Source of the DNA: Haloferax volcanii DS2
GTDB taxonomy: Archaea; Halobacteriota; Halobacteria; Halobacteriales; Haloferacaceae
Length of the DNA: 32,000 nucleotides
Reading direction: 5' to 3'
Assembly (NCBI RefSeq): GCF_000025685.1
Contig: NC_013967.1
Coordinates: 2,100,001-2,132,000 of the forward strand
Position 1 is the stretch's first letter. Each line of letters begins with the position of its first letter. The translations under genes and the position numbers were made by a program. The notes beneath the pieces were generated by a model. It worked only from the letters and a program-made list of their open reading frames with translations, was not told where the DNA came from and ran no database searches. Of the stretch, positions 1 to 8,016 are shown piece by piece.

Positions 1-302
1 ATCTCCTCGGCGAACGCGAGAATCTCCTCGGCCGGGTCGCCGCGGCGGAGTTCGGTGGCGGCGTCGACGCCGTACTCGGCCATCGTCTCGGCGGCCTCGG
101 TGAGCGCGGCCTCGCCCTGCGACCTGAGTTCCTCGTACACCTCGTCGACGCGCTCGTCGGCGAGCGTCAAGAAGGCTCGTTCGTCGACGACGTAGAGCAG
201 GGAGACGGCGGCGTCGCGCTCTGCGGCGAGTTCCGCGGCGTCTTCGACGACCGGCTGCATCGAGTCGCTCCCGTCTATCGGCACGAGGATTGTGTCGTAC
301 AT
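1..302 (-). CDS. universal stress protein (UspA family); C-terminal end runs off the window edge
   Basis: Own minus-strand translation from the ATG at 302-300: MYDTILVPIDGSDSMQPVVEDAAELAAERDAAVSLLYVVDERAFLTLADERVDEVYEELRSQGEAALTEAAETMAEYGVDAATELRRGDPAEEILAFAEE, open to position 1. The ILVPIDGS start and the G-x-P-x-x-I block are Usp-like. It is absent from the ORF track because there is no stop in the window. Confidence 0.7.
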   Translation of the reverse strand, partial: MYDTILVPIDGSDSMQPVVEDAAELAAERDAAVSLLYVVDERAFLTLADERVDEVYEELRSQGEAALTEAAETMAEYGVDAATELRRGDPAEEILAFAEE

Positions 303-422
303 CAACTGGGGATTAGGCGGGGACAGTATCACCCTCTTCGCCAGTTCCCGCGCGATGGGAACTACGCGGGACGAGTCTCGACCGGGGAGACGCGATTCCG
401 GAGACGGGTGCGGTGCAGGCGG

Positions 423-1262
423 CTACCCGTCATCGGTCGCGTCGTCGGTCTCGTTTTCGGTGTCTACGTCATTCTCCGGTTCGGTATCACCGTCCGCGGC
501 CTGTTGCTCGGCGTACCGCTCGGCCCGCCGTTTCCAGTCGGTGACCCGCCGCGCCGACACGTCCGCGGCGGCGGCGAGTTCCTCGTCCGACGCCTCGCGG
601 AGCGCCGTCACGGTGTGGATGCCCGCCGTCCGGAGCCGGGTCGCGTACGCCTCGCCGATGCCGCGGATGTTCCGCGGGTCCTCGGGGTCGCGTGCTTCTT
701 CGGCCTCCTCGGCATCGACGCCGCCAGCCGAGACGACCGCCGCGAGCTGTTCGGTCATCGCGTCCACCCGGCCGTCGAGACCGTCAACTCGGCCGTCGAT
801 TTCGTCGATGCGCGCCGCGAGGTCGTCGTGAGTGTGCTCGGTCTCCCGGTCGGCGACGCCGGTCACGCCGGCCACGTCCGGGTCGACCCCGGCTTCGACG
901 GTGGTCCGGTCGGAGTCGTCGCTGCCGCTGTCGTCTGTCTCGCCGTCGCCGGCCTCGTGTTCGTCTCCGGCATCGTCGGCTTCGCCCTCGTTTTCGTCTT
1001 CGTCACCTTCGGACGCGTCGTCCGCATCGGTGTCGGCGTCGTCGTCTTCGGGCTCGTCTCCGTTGCCGTCGTCCGCATCGGCGAGCGAATCGCCCGGTGC
1101 CACGTCGTCGGGGAGGACGTAGACCAGCGCGTCCGCCGGCACGTAGCCGACGACCTGTTTGCGCTTCCTGTCTGCGGTGAGGACGACCCCGCCGGAGTCG
1201 AGCGCCTTGTAGCCGCCGCACTCGAAGCTGGTTCCGTCTGTGAGACACACTTTCATAATCAA
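423..1262 (-). CDS. very acidic hypothetical protein with a C-terminal helix-hairpin-helix-like motif
   Basis: 279-aa ORF with a small N-terminal domain, a long D/E-rich low-complexity linker, and the C-terminal block NIRGIGEAYATRLRTAGIHTVTALREASDEELAAAADVS (HhH-like). Competing + strand ORFs are R/P/S-rich shadows. Confidence 0.6.
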   Translation of the reverse strand: MIMKVCLTDGTSFECGGYKALDSGGVVLTADRKRKQVVGYVPADALVYVLPDDVAPGDSLADADDGNGDEPEDDDADTDADDASEGDEDENEGEADDAGDEHEAGDGETDDSGSDDSDRTTVEAGVDPDVAGVTGVADRETEHTHDDLAARIDEIDGRVDGLDGRVDAMTEQLAAVVSAGGVDAEEAEEARDPEDPRNIRGIGEAYATRLRTAGIHTVTALREASDEELAAAADVSARRVTDWKRRAERYAEQQAADGDTEPENDVDTENETDDATDDG

Positions 1263-1352
1263 TCATTGGATTCGGGGCAGAATGAGTGTTGCCGCTCCCG
1301 TTGTGTGAGAACGAACGGCGGTTTTTCACCGATTCCGCGCCGATATTCGGGC

Positions 1353-1568
1353 ATGATCCGAGCCCTGTTGGCGGCGTTCGGTCTGGTGGAACTGCTCGTT
1401 CCGGATAAACTAGTCGCCGTGATGACGCGCCTCGCCTACGAGGACGGCGGCGAGATGACGGCGAAACCGTGGGTGACGACGGCGGCGCGCGTCGAGGGAG
1501 CGGTGCTCCTGTTGGTCGCGCTCGTCGGCCTCCGCGGTCGGTGCGGCGGTGACGGCGACGACGCATAA
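1353..1568 (+). CDS. small hypothetical membrane protein (71 aa)
   Basis: Internal ATG at 1353 of ORF-track entry 408..1568; the upstream part of that ORF is antisense to 423..1262. Two hydrophobic segments: ALLAAFGLVELLV and AVLLLVALVGL. Confidence 0.35.
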   Translation: MIRALLAAFGLVELLVPDKLVAVMTRLAYEDGGEMTAKPWVTTAARVEGAVLLLVALVGLRGRCGGDGDDA

Positions 1569-1716
1569 CTGCGTCTCGCGGGCGTCGCGACGCCGGTAAT
1601 CCGGCCCGCGAAAGAAGCGACCGCGGCGAGAGAATATGAGACTGTGCGCAGCAGTCGGTCGCCGAGCGACTCGTGGTCCGGCGCGTCAGCGCGTCGGCGC
1701 GACGCGTGCGACCGAT

Positions 1717-2325
1717 TCAGGCGAGTCGCGCGAACGCGAGCGACCCGCTCGTGTTCTTGATGTAGATGCGGACGGTCTGTCCTTCCTGCGCGCCGGGCAC
1801 GAAGATGGTGTACTTCCCGCGCTGGGCGACGCCGTCGCCCTTGCGGCCGGTCCCGGTGATTTCGACCTCGTAGGTGCGACCCTCTTCGACGGCCTCGCGC
1901 TGGCGCTTGTTGCTCACGCTGGAGCGCTTCTGGACCGGGCGGAAGGCACCGCAGGCCTCACAGCGAAGCATGTCGACGCCGTCCTCGGTGACGAGGCGAG
2001 TGTCCGGCAGGCCGCACTCCGAGCAGATGACGTACTCCTCGACGTAGCCGTCGATGGCCTCTTCGAAGTCGTTGATAGAGAACGACCCGCTGTATCGGGC
2101 GCGGTCGCCTTCCAACTGGCCGCTGGTCCCGAGCGTGCGCTGGATGGCGCTGTGGAGGTGCGCGGGCGTCCGCGAGAGCGCGTCCGCGATTTCCCCGAGG
2201 TTGGTGAGGCGGGTGAACGCGCCGTCGGTTTCGCCGGACGGGTCCGGCACCGTGAGGCGTTCCTGTTCGACGTTTCGTTCCGGTAGGACGTTGAGCGCTC
2301 GGTCGAGCGCAGTCTGATACTCCAT
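1717..2325 (-). CDS. translation initiation factor aIF2 beta subunit fused to a C-terminal TRAM-like RNA-binding domain
   Basis: Start taken at MEYQTALDRALN (ATG at 2325). It has the aIF2-beta zinc ribbon CSECGLPDT...LRCEACG. The C-terminal block EGRTYEVEITGTGRKGDGVAQRGKYTIFVPGAQEGQTVRIYIKN is TRAM-like. The upstream 19 aa of the track ORF are R-rich and unlikely to be coding. Confidence 0.85.
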   Translation of the reverse strand: MEYQTALDRALNVLPERNVEQERLTVPDPSGETDGAFTRLTNLGEIADALSRTPAHLHSAIQRTLGTSGQLEGDRARYSGSFSINDFEEAIDGYVEEYVICSECGLPDTRLVTEDGVDMLRCEACGAFRPVQKRSSVSNKRQREAVEEGRTYEVEITGTGRKGDGVAQRGKYTIFVPGAQEGQTVRIYIKNTSGSLAFARLA

Positions 2326-2463
2326 AGGGGTTCGAGTGTCTGGCGACGTATAGCCGTTCCGTGACCGTCTTTGCCGCGGCACCGACGCGCCGACTTCGTT
2401 TCAGCATCTCCGACGACGGAACCGAACGCCACGCCTTGGGTGCTGCCCCTCGAACGACTCGTC

Positions 2464-2682
2464 ATGGGCTACACGTGGCAGTACTACGACCTCGTACTTC
2501 TCGGCATCCTCGGGAGCCTCCTCGCCGGCGTCGTCGTCGGCCAACTCACGCCGATGGAGCCGCAGACGACGCTCGTCGGCTTCAGCGCCCTCGCCGCGGT
2601 CGTGATGGCGCACGGCCTGTTCGTCAACGGCCCCGTGGACGAACCGGCCGACCTCGGCGACGAGGTCGAGGCGCTGAACTGA
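2464..2682 (+). CDS. small hypothetical membrane protein (72 aa)
   Basis: Internal ATG at 2464 (MGYTWQYYDLVLLGILGSLLAGVVVGQL...). Two predicted TM helices and an acidic C-terminal tail. Confidence 0.45.
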   Translation: MGYTWQYYDLVLLGILGSLLAGVVVGQLTPMEPQTTLVGFSALAAVVMAHGLFVNGPVDEPADLGDEVEALN

Positions 2683-2737
2683 GCCGGGCGACTGACGGCC
2701 GCCGGCCACCGCCCGCAATCGGTCGCCGGCAGCCACC

Positions 2738-3457
2738 TCACTCGCCGTCGACGACGCGATTCGTGAGCGTGCCGACGCCCTCGTACCAGATTTCCACGTC
2801 GTCGCCGGGTTCGACCAGTCCGGGATTCGCCGGGCTGCCGAACGAAATCACGTCGCCCGGCTGGAAGGTGTAGCGCTCCGAGAGGAACGAGACCACTTCG
2901 GCGGGCGAAAAGAGCATCCGTTCGGTGTTGGCCTCCTGCCGGAGTTCGCCGCCGACGTGGGTCGTCATGTCGATGTTCGACGGCTCCACGTCGGTCTCAA
3001 TCCACGGGCCGAGCGGCCCGGAGCCGTCGAACGCTTTTCGAGCCGTTCGGCCGGGCTGGTCGAGCGCGTCGAGGTCGTTGAGAATCGTGTAGCCGCGGAC
3101 CACCTCGTCCACGTCTTCTTCGGCCACGTCAGAGCACTCGCGGTCGATGACGGCGGCCAGTTCGCCGGCGTACGTCAGCTCGTCGGTCCAGTCGGGGTAC
3201 TCGATGTCCGCGCCGGGGTCGAGCACCGACACCGGCGGCTTGATGAACCAGTCGGGCTGGTCGGGGATATCGTAGTCCATCTGGTCGACCGTCGCCGCGT
3301 AGTTCCGGCCCACGCAGTAGAGCGCGGTCGGGTCGCAGGGCGCGAGCAACTCGGCGTCGACGCCGACTTCGTACTCCTCGCCGTCGGCCGTCACGACGCC
3401 GTCGTCGTACCGGCCCGAGACCACTCCGCCGTCGGTTCGAATCCGTGCCAATCGCAT
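2738..3457 (-). CDS. fumarylacetoacetate hydrolase (FAH) family protein
   Basis: 239-aa ORF with typical FAH-family blocks: YCVGRNYAAT, FIKPP, YAGELAAVI, GYTILNDLD, PGDVISFGSP. Confidence 0.85.
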   Translation of the reverse strand: MRLARIRTDGGVVSGRYDDGVVTADGEEYEVGVDAELLAPCDPTALYCVGRNYAATVDQMDYDIPDQPDWFIKPPVSVLDPGADIEYPDWTDELTYAGELAAVIDRECSDVAEEDVDEVVRGYTILNDLDALDQPGRTARKAFDGSGPLGPWIETDVEPSNIDMTTHVGGELRQEANTERMLFSPAEVVSFLSERYTFQPGDVISFGSPANPGLVEPGDDVEIWYEGVGTLTNRVVDGE

Positions 3458-3546
3458 TACTCGCCCCTGCGTCGGCCACTCACTTCAAGCGACGTGCCTC
3501 CGCAAGCGGGTACGAGAAAACCAGACGCGCGGGCCGCCGCCGCGAC

Positions 3547-3786
3547 TCAGTCGGACGCGGACGCCCGATTCATCCGGGGCATCGACCGGTTCTCGCGGTC
3601 GACGAGGTTGTGGATGCGCTCGGTGCGCGTCGATTCGAACTGGCGCTGACACCGGGCGACGCCCGACGCGGAGTCGGCGGGGTCGACAGGGGCGGCGCGG
3701 TCGGGGGTGGTGGTCTCGCGTTCGGCGGACCGTTCGCGGTCGGTTCGCAGGGTCGGTTCGTAGGTCGGGGTGGCGTGTGTGCTCAC
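3547..3786 (-). CDS. hypothetical small protein (79 aa)
   Basis: The ORF has high GC3 and non-shadow composition. No recognisable motif. Confidence 0.3.
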   Translation of the reverse strand: MSTHATPTYEPTLRTDRERSAERETTTPDRAAPVDPADSASGVARCQRQFESTRTERIHNLVDRENRSMPRMNRASASD

Positions 3787-3967
3787 GATTTCGGGATGGG
3801 TTCGGGTCGGTCGGACGGCTGTGCGGCGACGAGAAGGGTTAGCGACGTACGCGTACGACCGACATTGTTGTACCCGGCAGTACAGACTAATCTATAATAA
3901 ATATTCATGTTCGAACGGCGGGCGCGTTCTCGGCCCGCGAACCGTCTGCCCGGCCGGAGCCTCGCCT

Positions 3968-4810
3968 TCACTCCCGCGAGTCGTACTCCTGATAGATGAC
4001 GTGGCCGCAGGACTTGCAGTGCGAGGCGTCGGCGTCGTGGTAGGCCAGCCCGCAGTTCTGGCAGGTGACGTTGACCTTGTCGCGGTGGCCCCACTCCTTG
4101 ACGATTTTGCTCGCCTGCCACGGGATGAGGATGACGCCTGCGAGGATGGCGGCGACCGTCACCCACCGCCCCGCCTCGGTCCCCGGGACGATGTCACCGA
4201 AGCCGACCGTCGAGAGCGCGACGACGACGAAGTAGAAGGCGTCGCCGAACGACCCGATGTTGGGATTCACCCGGTGTTCGAACGAGTAGAACATCCCCGC
4301 GGCGACGAAGAAGATGGTGAGCACCGTCAACAGCAGTTTCATGACGCGGAGCGTCCCGACCGAGACGGTGCCGAAGAAGAACTCCTCGTCGCGCGTAAAG
4401 CGGTAAAACCGGAGGACGCGGACCACGCGAATCGCCCGCAGGAAGCCGATGTTGGCGGCGACCGACGAGACGGGAAGCACGAGCACCGCCAGCGTCGGCA
4501 GGATAGCCAGCAGGTCGACGAACGAGTAGACGTTGAGCAGTTCGGCGGTTCGGTCCCGCGCGCCGTAGAGTCGGAGGAGGTACTCCGCGAGGAACACGAT
4601 GGAGACGGCGGCCTCGACGGACCAGAGCGTCGACTGGACCGACGCCGAAAGCGGGTAGGTCTCGGCGACGAACATCCCGACGAAAAGCAAGTTGAGCCCG
4701 AGGAGCGCGATGTCGATGGCCTTGCCGACCGCGGTTCGATGGTCGAGGAGATAGAACCTGACCACGTCCCGCGGCGTCTCGCGGCGCGACCTCCGCGCGT
4801 GACCGTCCAT
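3968..4810 (-). CDS. voltage-gated-type K+ channel (ion transport family) with a C-terminal zinc ribbon
   Basis: S4-like arginine ladder RAIRVVRVLRFYRF, K+ selectivity filter TVGFGD, six hydrophobic segments, and the C-terminal motif CQNCG...CKSCG. Confidence 0.85.
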   Translation of the reverse strand: MDGHARRSRRETPRDVVRFYLLDHRTAVGKAIDIALLGLNLLFVGMFVAETYPLSASVQSTLWSVEAAVSIVFLAEYLLRLYGARDRTAELLNVYSFVDLLAILPTLAVLVLPVSSVAANIGFLRAIRVVRVLRFYRFTRDEEFFFGTVSVGTLRVMKLLLTVLTIFFVAAGMFYSFEHRVNPNIGSFGDAFYFVVVALSTVGFGDIVPGTEAGRWVTVAAILAGVILIPWQASKIVKEWGHRDKVNVTCQNCGLAYHDADASHCKSCGHVIYQEYDSRE

Positions 4811-4892
4811 ACACCGTCTTCGGGGCTGGGCTACTTATACAGTCGTCCGCGAGGTGATGGCCCGACGGCGGGGGGACCCGGCGGCGACCGCC

Positions 4893-5708
4893 TCAGAGGA
4901 CGATAGCGCCCTCGGGGAGTAGCTCACGCTCGGTCCGCCGGGCCTCCTTGCCCTCCTCGACGAGCGTCGGCTGGTCGACCGGCTCCGAAAACCGGTTCGG
5001 GTCCGGTTCGACCCGCTTGAGCATCGACGAGAACACCGGCCCCTTCCGGCCGCCGGCGGAGGTGATACCGCCGTACTGTCGCTCCTCGAACGTCGACTCG
5101 TCGGGGCTGGGGAACTCCTCGCGGATGATTTCCGCGGTGTCTCTGATGTACTCGGCGGCCTCCTTCTGCGAGTAGAGGCTCTCGTTGTAGTAGCGCTCGG
5201 CGTACTCGTCGTCGAGTTCCTCGGTGGAGTGTTCCGGCGACTCGTAGAGGACGGACTCCGTGGTCGTGTGGCCGCTGGCGAAGCGGATGTTGACGGTGAA
5301 GCAGTCGGGATACCGCAGGATGATGGGGAAAAACAGCATATCGGTGACGGTGATTCGCTGTTGCATCCGCCAGAGCCCCTCGAAGTAGTAGGCCGTGAGC
5401 GCGCCGACGCGGTCGTCGCGCGCCCCGCGGTTGTACGCCATCGCAATCTCCTCGTAGTCGTCGCCGGCGATGTGTCGACAGCGTCGCTTGTAGCTCTTGG
5501 CAATCCCTTCGAGTTGCGTCTCGTAGGCTTCGAGCAGGGAGATGTCGGGGTCGGCGAGCATATCCGCCTTCCGCTCTTGGGCGTCCGCGATGTTCATCAT
5601 GTTCTCGTGAAACAGCCGCTCGGCGTCCTCGTTCGGCAGCGGCGTTCTGACTGCCTGCCGGTACAGCACCCGCGTATCCCCGTTGAATGTGACCCGCTGC
5701 TCGCTCAT
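4893..5708 (-). CDS. hypothetical protein (271 aa)
   Basis: Start taken at MSEQRVTFNGD (ATG at 5708). It has balanced acidic composition, whereas the two overlapping minus-strand ORFs (4835..5503, 4924..5784) are R/S/T/P-rich. No motif recognised. Confidence 0.6.
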   Translation of the reverse strand: MSEQRVTFNGDTRVLYRQAVRTPLPNEDAERLFHENMMNIADAQERKADMLADPDISLLEAYETQLEGIAKSYKRRCRHIAGDDYEEIAMAYNRGARDDRVGALTAYYFEGLWRMQQRITVTDMLFFPIILRYPDCFTVNIRFASGHTTTESVLYESPEHSTEELDDEYAERYYNESLYSQKEAAEYIRDTAEIIREEFPSPDESTFEERQYGGITSAGGRKGPVFSSMLKRVEPDPNRFSEPVDQPTLVEEGKEARRTERELLPEGAIVL

Positions 5709-5838
5709 CTCGTACACCGGTAAGGCTGCGGACAGAAATGAACTCGTCGGTAATCCGGACTCTTTCCCGACAGTCGTGAGACACGAACTATAACCCACCC
5801 ATTGAAACCGGAACCAGTTACCATCTGTTCGATGCGTG

Positions 5839-7227
5839 TCAGTCGTCGGTTGACGCGCGACCGTCCGCGCCGTCGGCGGCGTCCGCGGCGACCGACTCGT
5901 CGGCCGCGTCGAAAAGCGGGCTCTGGTCGCCCGGCGCGAGCGTGTTGAGCACGAGCGCCGTCAGCGCGGTCACGATGACCGGCTCGCCGAAGAACGTCGC
6001 GGCGGCCTGCGGGAGCCCCGAGAGCGCGTCGGGTCGCGTGGCGACGCCGAGTCCGAGGCCGAGCGAGGCGGCGACGACGACCATGTTGCGGCGGTCGAGG
6101 TTCGTGTGGAGGAAGACGAGGCGGACGCCGCTGGCGGCGACCATGCCGGCCATGAGCAGGACCGCGCCGCCGAAGACGGCGCTCGGGATGGTCGCGACCG
6201 CCGCGCCGACTTTCGGGCTGAGGCCGAGAACGGCGAGGACGACGCCCGCGATGCCGACGACGTAGCGGCTCATCACGCCGGTGAAGTTGACGATACCCAC
6301 GTTCTGCGAGAACGAGGTGACGGGGAACGCGCCGAACACCGAGGCGACGGAGCTCATGAGACCGTCGGTAAAGAGGCCGCCGCGGAACTCCTCGTCGGTC
6401 GGGTTGCGTCCCTCGGCGGCGGTGATGCCGGACATGTCGCCGACGGTCTCCATCGCGGAGACGAGAAACAGGAACGCGAAGGTGACGATGGGGACGGGTT
6501 CGAAGGTGACGCCGAACGCGCCGGGCTGGGGAATCGCGAACCACGCCGCGTCGGCGATGGGCGAGAAGTCCACCACGCCGAGCGGGACGGCGACCGCGTA
6601 GCCGACGGCGATGCCGACGAGCGTGCTCAGGAGTCGCGTGATGCCGTCGGTAAAGAGGTTGAGCGCGATGGCGACCCCAAGGACGAGCGCCGCGAGGCCG
6701 ATGTTGTGGGTCGCGCCGTAGTCGGCGGCACCGACCCCGCCGGCGGCGTAGTCCATCCCGACCGGGACGAGATAGAGACCGATGATGACGACGACGAGGC
6801 CCGTCACCAACGGCGGGAAAAAGGGTTTGATGCGGTCGAACTGCCAGCCGATGAGTCCCTCGACGAGGAAGCCGGTGACGAGAATCGCGCCGAACACCGC
6901 GCTCAGGCCGTAATCGATGCCGATGGTTGTCGCCGCGCCGACGAAGGTGAAACTCGTCCCCATCACGATGGGGAGCCGCGAGCCGACCGGCCCGACGGCG
7001 TACGCCTGGACCACGGTGGCGAGCCCCGAAAACAGGAGCACCATCTGGACGACGTAGGCCGTGTCGGCGACGCCGAGACCGACCGCGCCCGCGACGATGA
7101 ACGCCACGGCGGTCGCCGGGACGATCATCACCGAGACGTGCTGTATCCCGAGGAGAATCGACTCCAGCAACGGTGGCCGGTCGTCGATTTCGTATTCGAG
7201 GCCGAGTTCACCGCTCTCGTCTGCCAT
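5839..7227 (-). CDS. NCS2-family nucleobase (xanthine/uracil-type) permease
   Basis: Start taken at MADESGELGLEYEIDDRPP (ATG at 7227). It is polytopic, with NCS2-like blocks GIQHVSVM, MGTSFTFVG and SFSQNVGIV. A TATA-like AAACTATTATTG (minus strand, 7255-7264) lies about 30 nt upstream of the ATG, consistent with a leaderless mRNA. Confidence 0.85.
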   Translation of the reverse strand: MADESGELGLEYEIDDRPPLLESILLGIQHVSVMIVPATAVAFIVAGAVGLGVADTAYVVQMVLLFSGLATVVQAYAVGPVGSRLPIVMGTSFTFVGAATTIGIDYGLSAVFGAILVTGFLVEGLIGWQFDRIKPFFPPLVTGLVVVIIGLYLVPVGMDYAAGGVGAADYGATHNIGLAALVLGVAIALNLFTDGITRLLSTLVGIAVGYAVAVPLGVVDFSPIADAAWFAIPQPGAFGVTFEPVPIVTFAFLFLVSAMETVGDMSGITAAEGRNPTDEEFRGGLFTDGLMSSVASVFGAFPVTSFSQNVGIVNFTGVMSRYVVGIAGVVLAVLGLSPKVGAAVATIPSAVFGGAVLLMAGMVAASGVRLVFLHTNLDRRNMVVVAASLGLGLGVATRPDALSGLPQAAATFFGEPVIVTALTALVLNTLAPGDQSPLFDAADESVAADAADGADGRASTDD

Positions 7228-7352
7228 CTGTACTCGCCACGAACGACTCCCGTTCAATAATAGTTTCGCGTTCGAGCGTATTTCACTGCACTTGGTGCGA
7301 TGTATTGGACACAGACGTGCATACTTGGCGGGCGAGTGGGGGAACTGACATC

Positions 7353-7388
7353 GCACCGACTGCACCGACTGCACCGACTGCACCGACC
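7353..7388. repeat. 9-bp tandem repeat GCACCGACT: 3 perfect units plus 1 imperfect unit
   Basis: Read directly: gcaccgact gcaccgact gcaccgact gcaccgacc. It lies between the hpt stop (7402) and the permease start (7227). Confidence 0.9.
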
Positions 7389-7401
7389 CAGCTGGCTCGG
7401 C

Positions 7402-7947
7402 TCAGTGAATCTCGACGCCGTCCTCGTCGACGCTGATGTCCACGAGGCTCGTCGCCTCGTAGTCGGTGTCGTCGAGGGCGGTCTCGCCGACCTTCCGGAT
7501 GGCGACGACGATGTCGGAGACCTCCGCGCCGATGTCGTCGAGCGCGCCGCAGATGGCCGCGAGCGTTCCGCCGGTCGAAAGCAGGTCGTCCACGACGAGC
7601 ACGCGGTCCCCGTCTTCGATGTCGTTGATGAACATCTCCGATTCGGAGTAGCCGGTCGTCTGGTGGAGCGCGACTTCGCCGTCGAGGCCGTACTCGCGCT
7701 TGCGGATGACGACGAGCGGCACGTCCGTCTGAAGGGAGAGCGCGGTGGCGATGTGGATTCCCATTGCCTCCGGGGCGACGATTTTGTCCACGTCGAGGTC
7801 GGCGGCGCGGGTGATGCCGACGACGACCTCGCGCAGGAGTTGCGGGTCGAGCATCGGCACGCCGTTGCTGATGGGATGGACGAGGTAGGAGTAGCCGTCC
7901 TTGTCGATGATGGGCGCTTCGTGTAGGGACTCCTCGAGTCGCTGCAT
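7402..7947 (-). CDS. hpt: archaeal-type hypoxanthine/guanine phosphoribosyltransferase
   Basis: Start taken at [14 protein letters not shown] (ATG at 7947). PRPP-binding block [14 protein letters not shown]. The overall pattern ([32 protein letters not shown]) matches the archaeal Hpt family as I recall it. Confidence 0.8.
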   Translation of the reverse strand: MQRLEESLHEAPIIDKDGYSYLVHPISNGVPMLDPQLLREVVVGITRAADLDVDKIVAPEAMGIHIATALSLQTDVPLVVIRKREYGLDGEVALHQTTGYSESEMFINDIEDGDRVLVVDDLLSTGGTLAAICGALDDIGAEVSDIVVAIRKVGETALDDTDYEATSLVDISVDEDGVEIH

Positions 7948-8016
7948 GGGGTCCGTTTCACGAATTGGCCCAAAAGTGGTTCGCTCTCTCGGGGACCGGC
8001 GTCGCCCCACCGCCGC

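Noticed and set aside
292-1568. Long + strand ORFs (292..831, 408..1568, 692..1180, 832..1122) and minus-strand ORFs 863..1078 and 1003..1566
   Set aside because: Their R/P/S/A-rich, low-complexity translations are typical of shadow frames in very GC-rich DNA. They overlap the better-behaved acidic ORF 423..1262. Only the 3' 71 codons of 408..1568 are kept, as a low-confidence small gene.
1636-2465. ORFs 1636..2286 (+), 1914..2465 (-), 1958..2407 (-) and 2054..2317 (+), overlapping the aIF2-beta gene
   Set aside because: These are alternative frames or antisense to a gene with clear aIF2-beta and TRAM motifs. Their translations are R/A/S-rich.
3770-4906. 378-aa + strand ORF, plus 3783..4166 and 4194..4814 on the minus strand
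   Set aside because: They are antisense to or out of frame with the K+ channel gene, which has the unmistakable TVGFGD and S4 motifs. Their translations are R/D/G-rich with no structure.
4835-5784. Minus-strand ORFs 4835..5503 and 4924..5784, and + strand ORF 5229..5723
   Set aside because: They have S/T/R/P-rich composition. The third minus frame (4893..5708) has normal acidic haloarchaeal composition and is preferred.
5705-7436. ORFs 5705..6544 (-), 6106..7260 (+), 5942..6265, 6281..6601, 7061..7348 and 7173..7436, and the 52-aa N-terminal extension of the permease ORF to 7383
   Set aside because: These are shadow frames of the NCS2 permease gene. The extension reads through the 9-bp tandem repeat (SVQSVQSV) and the promoter-like region, so the internal ATG at 7227 is preferred.
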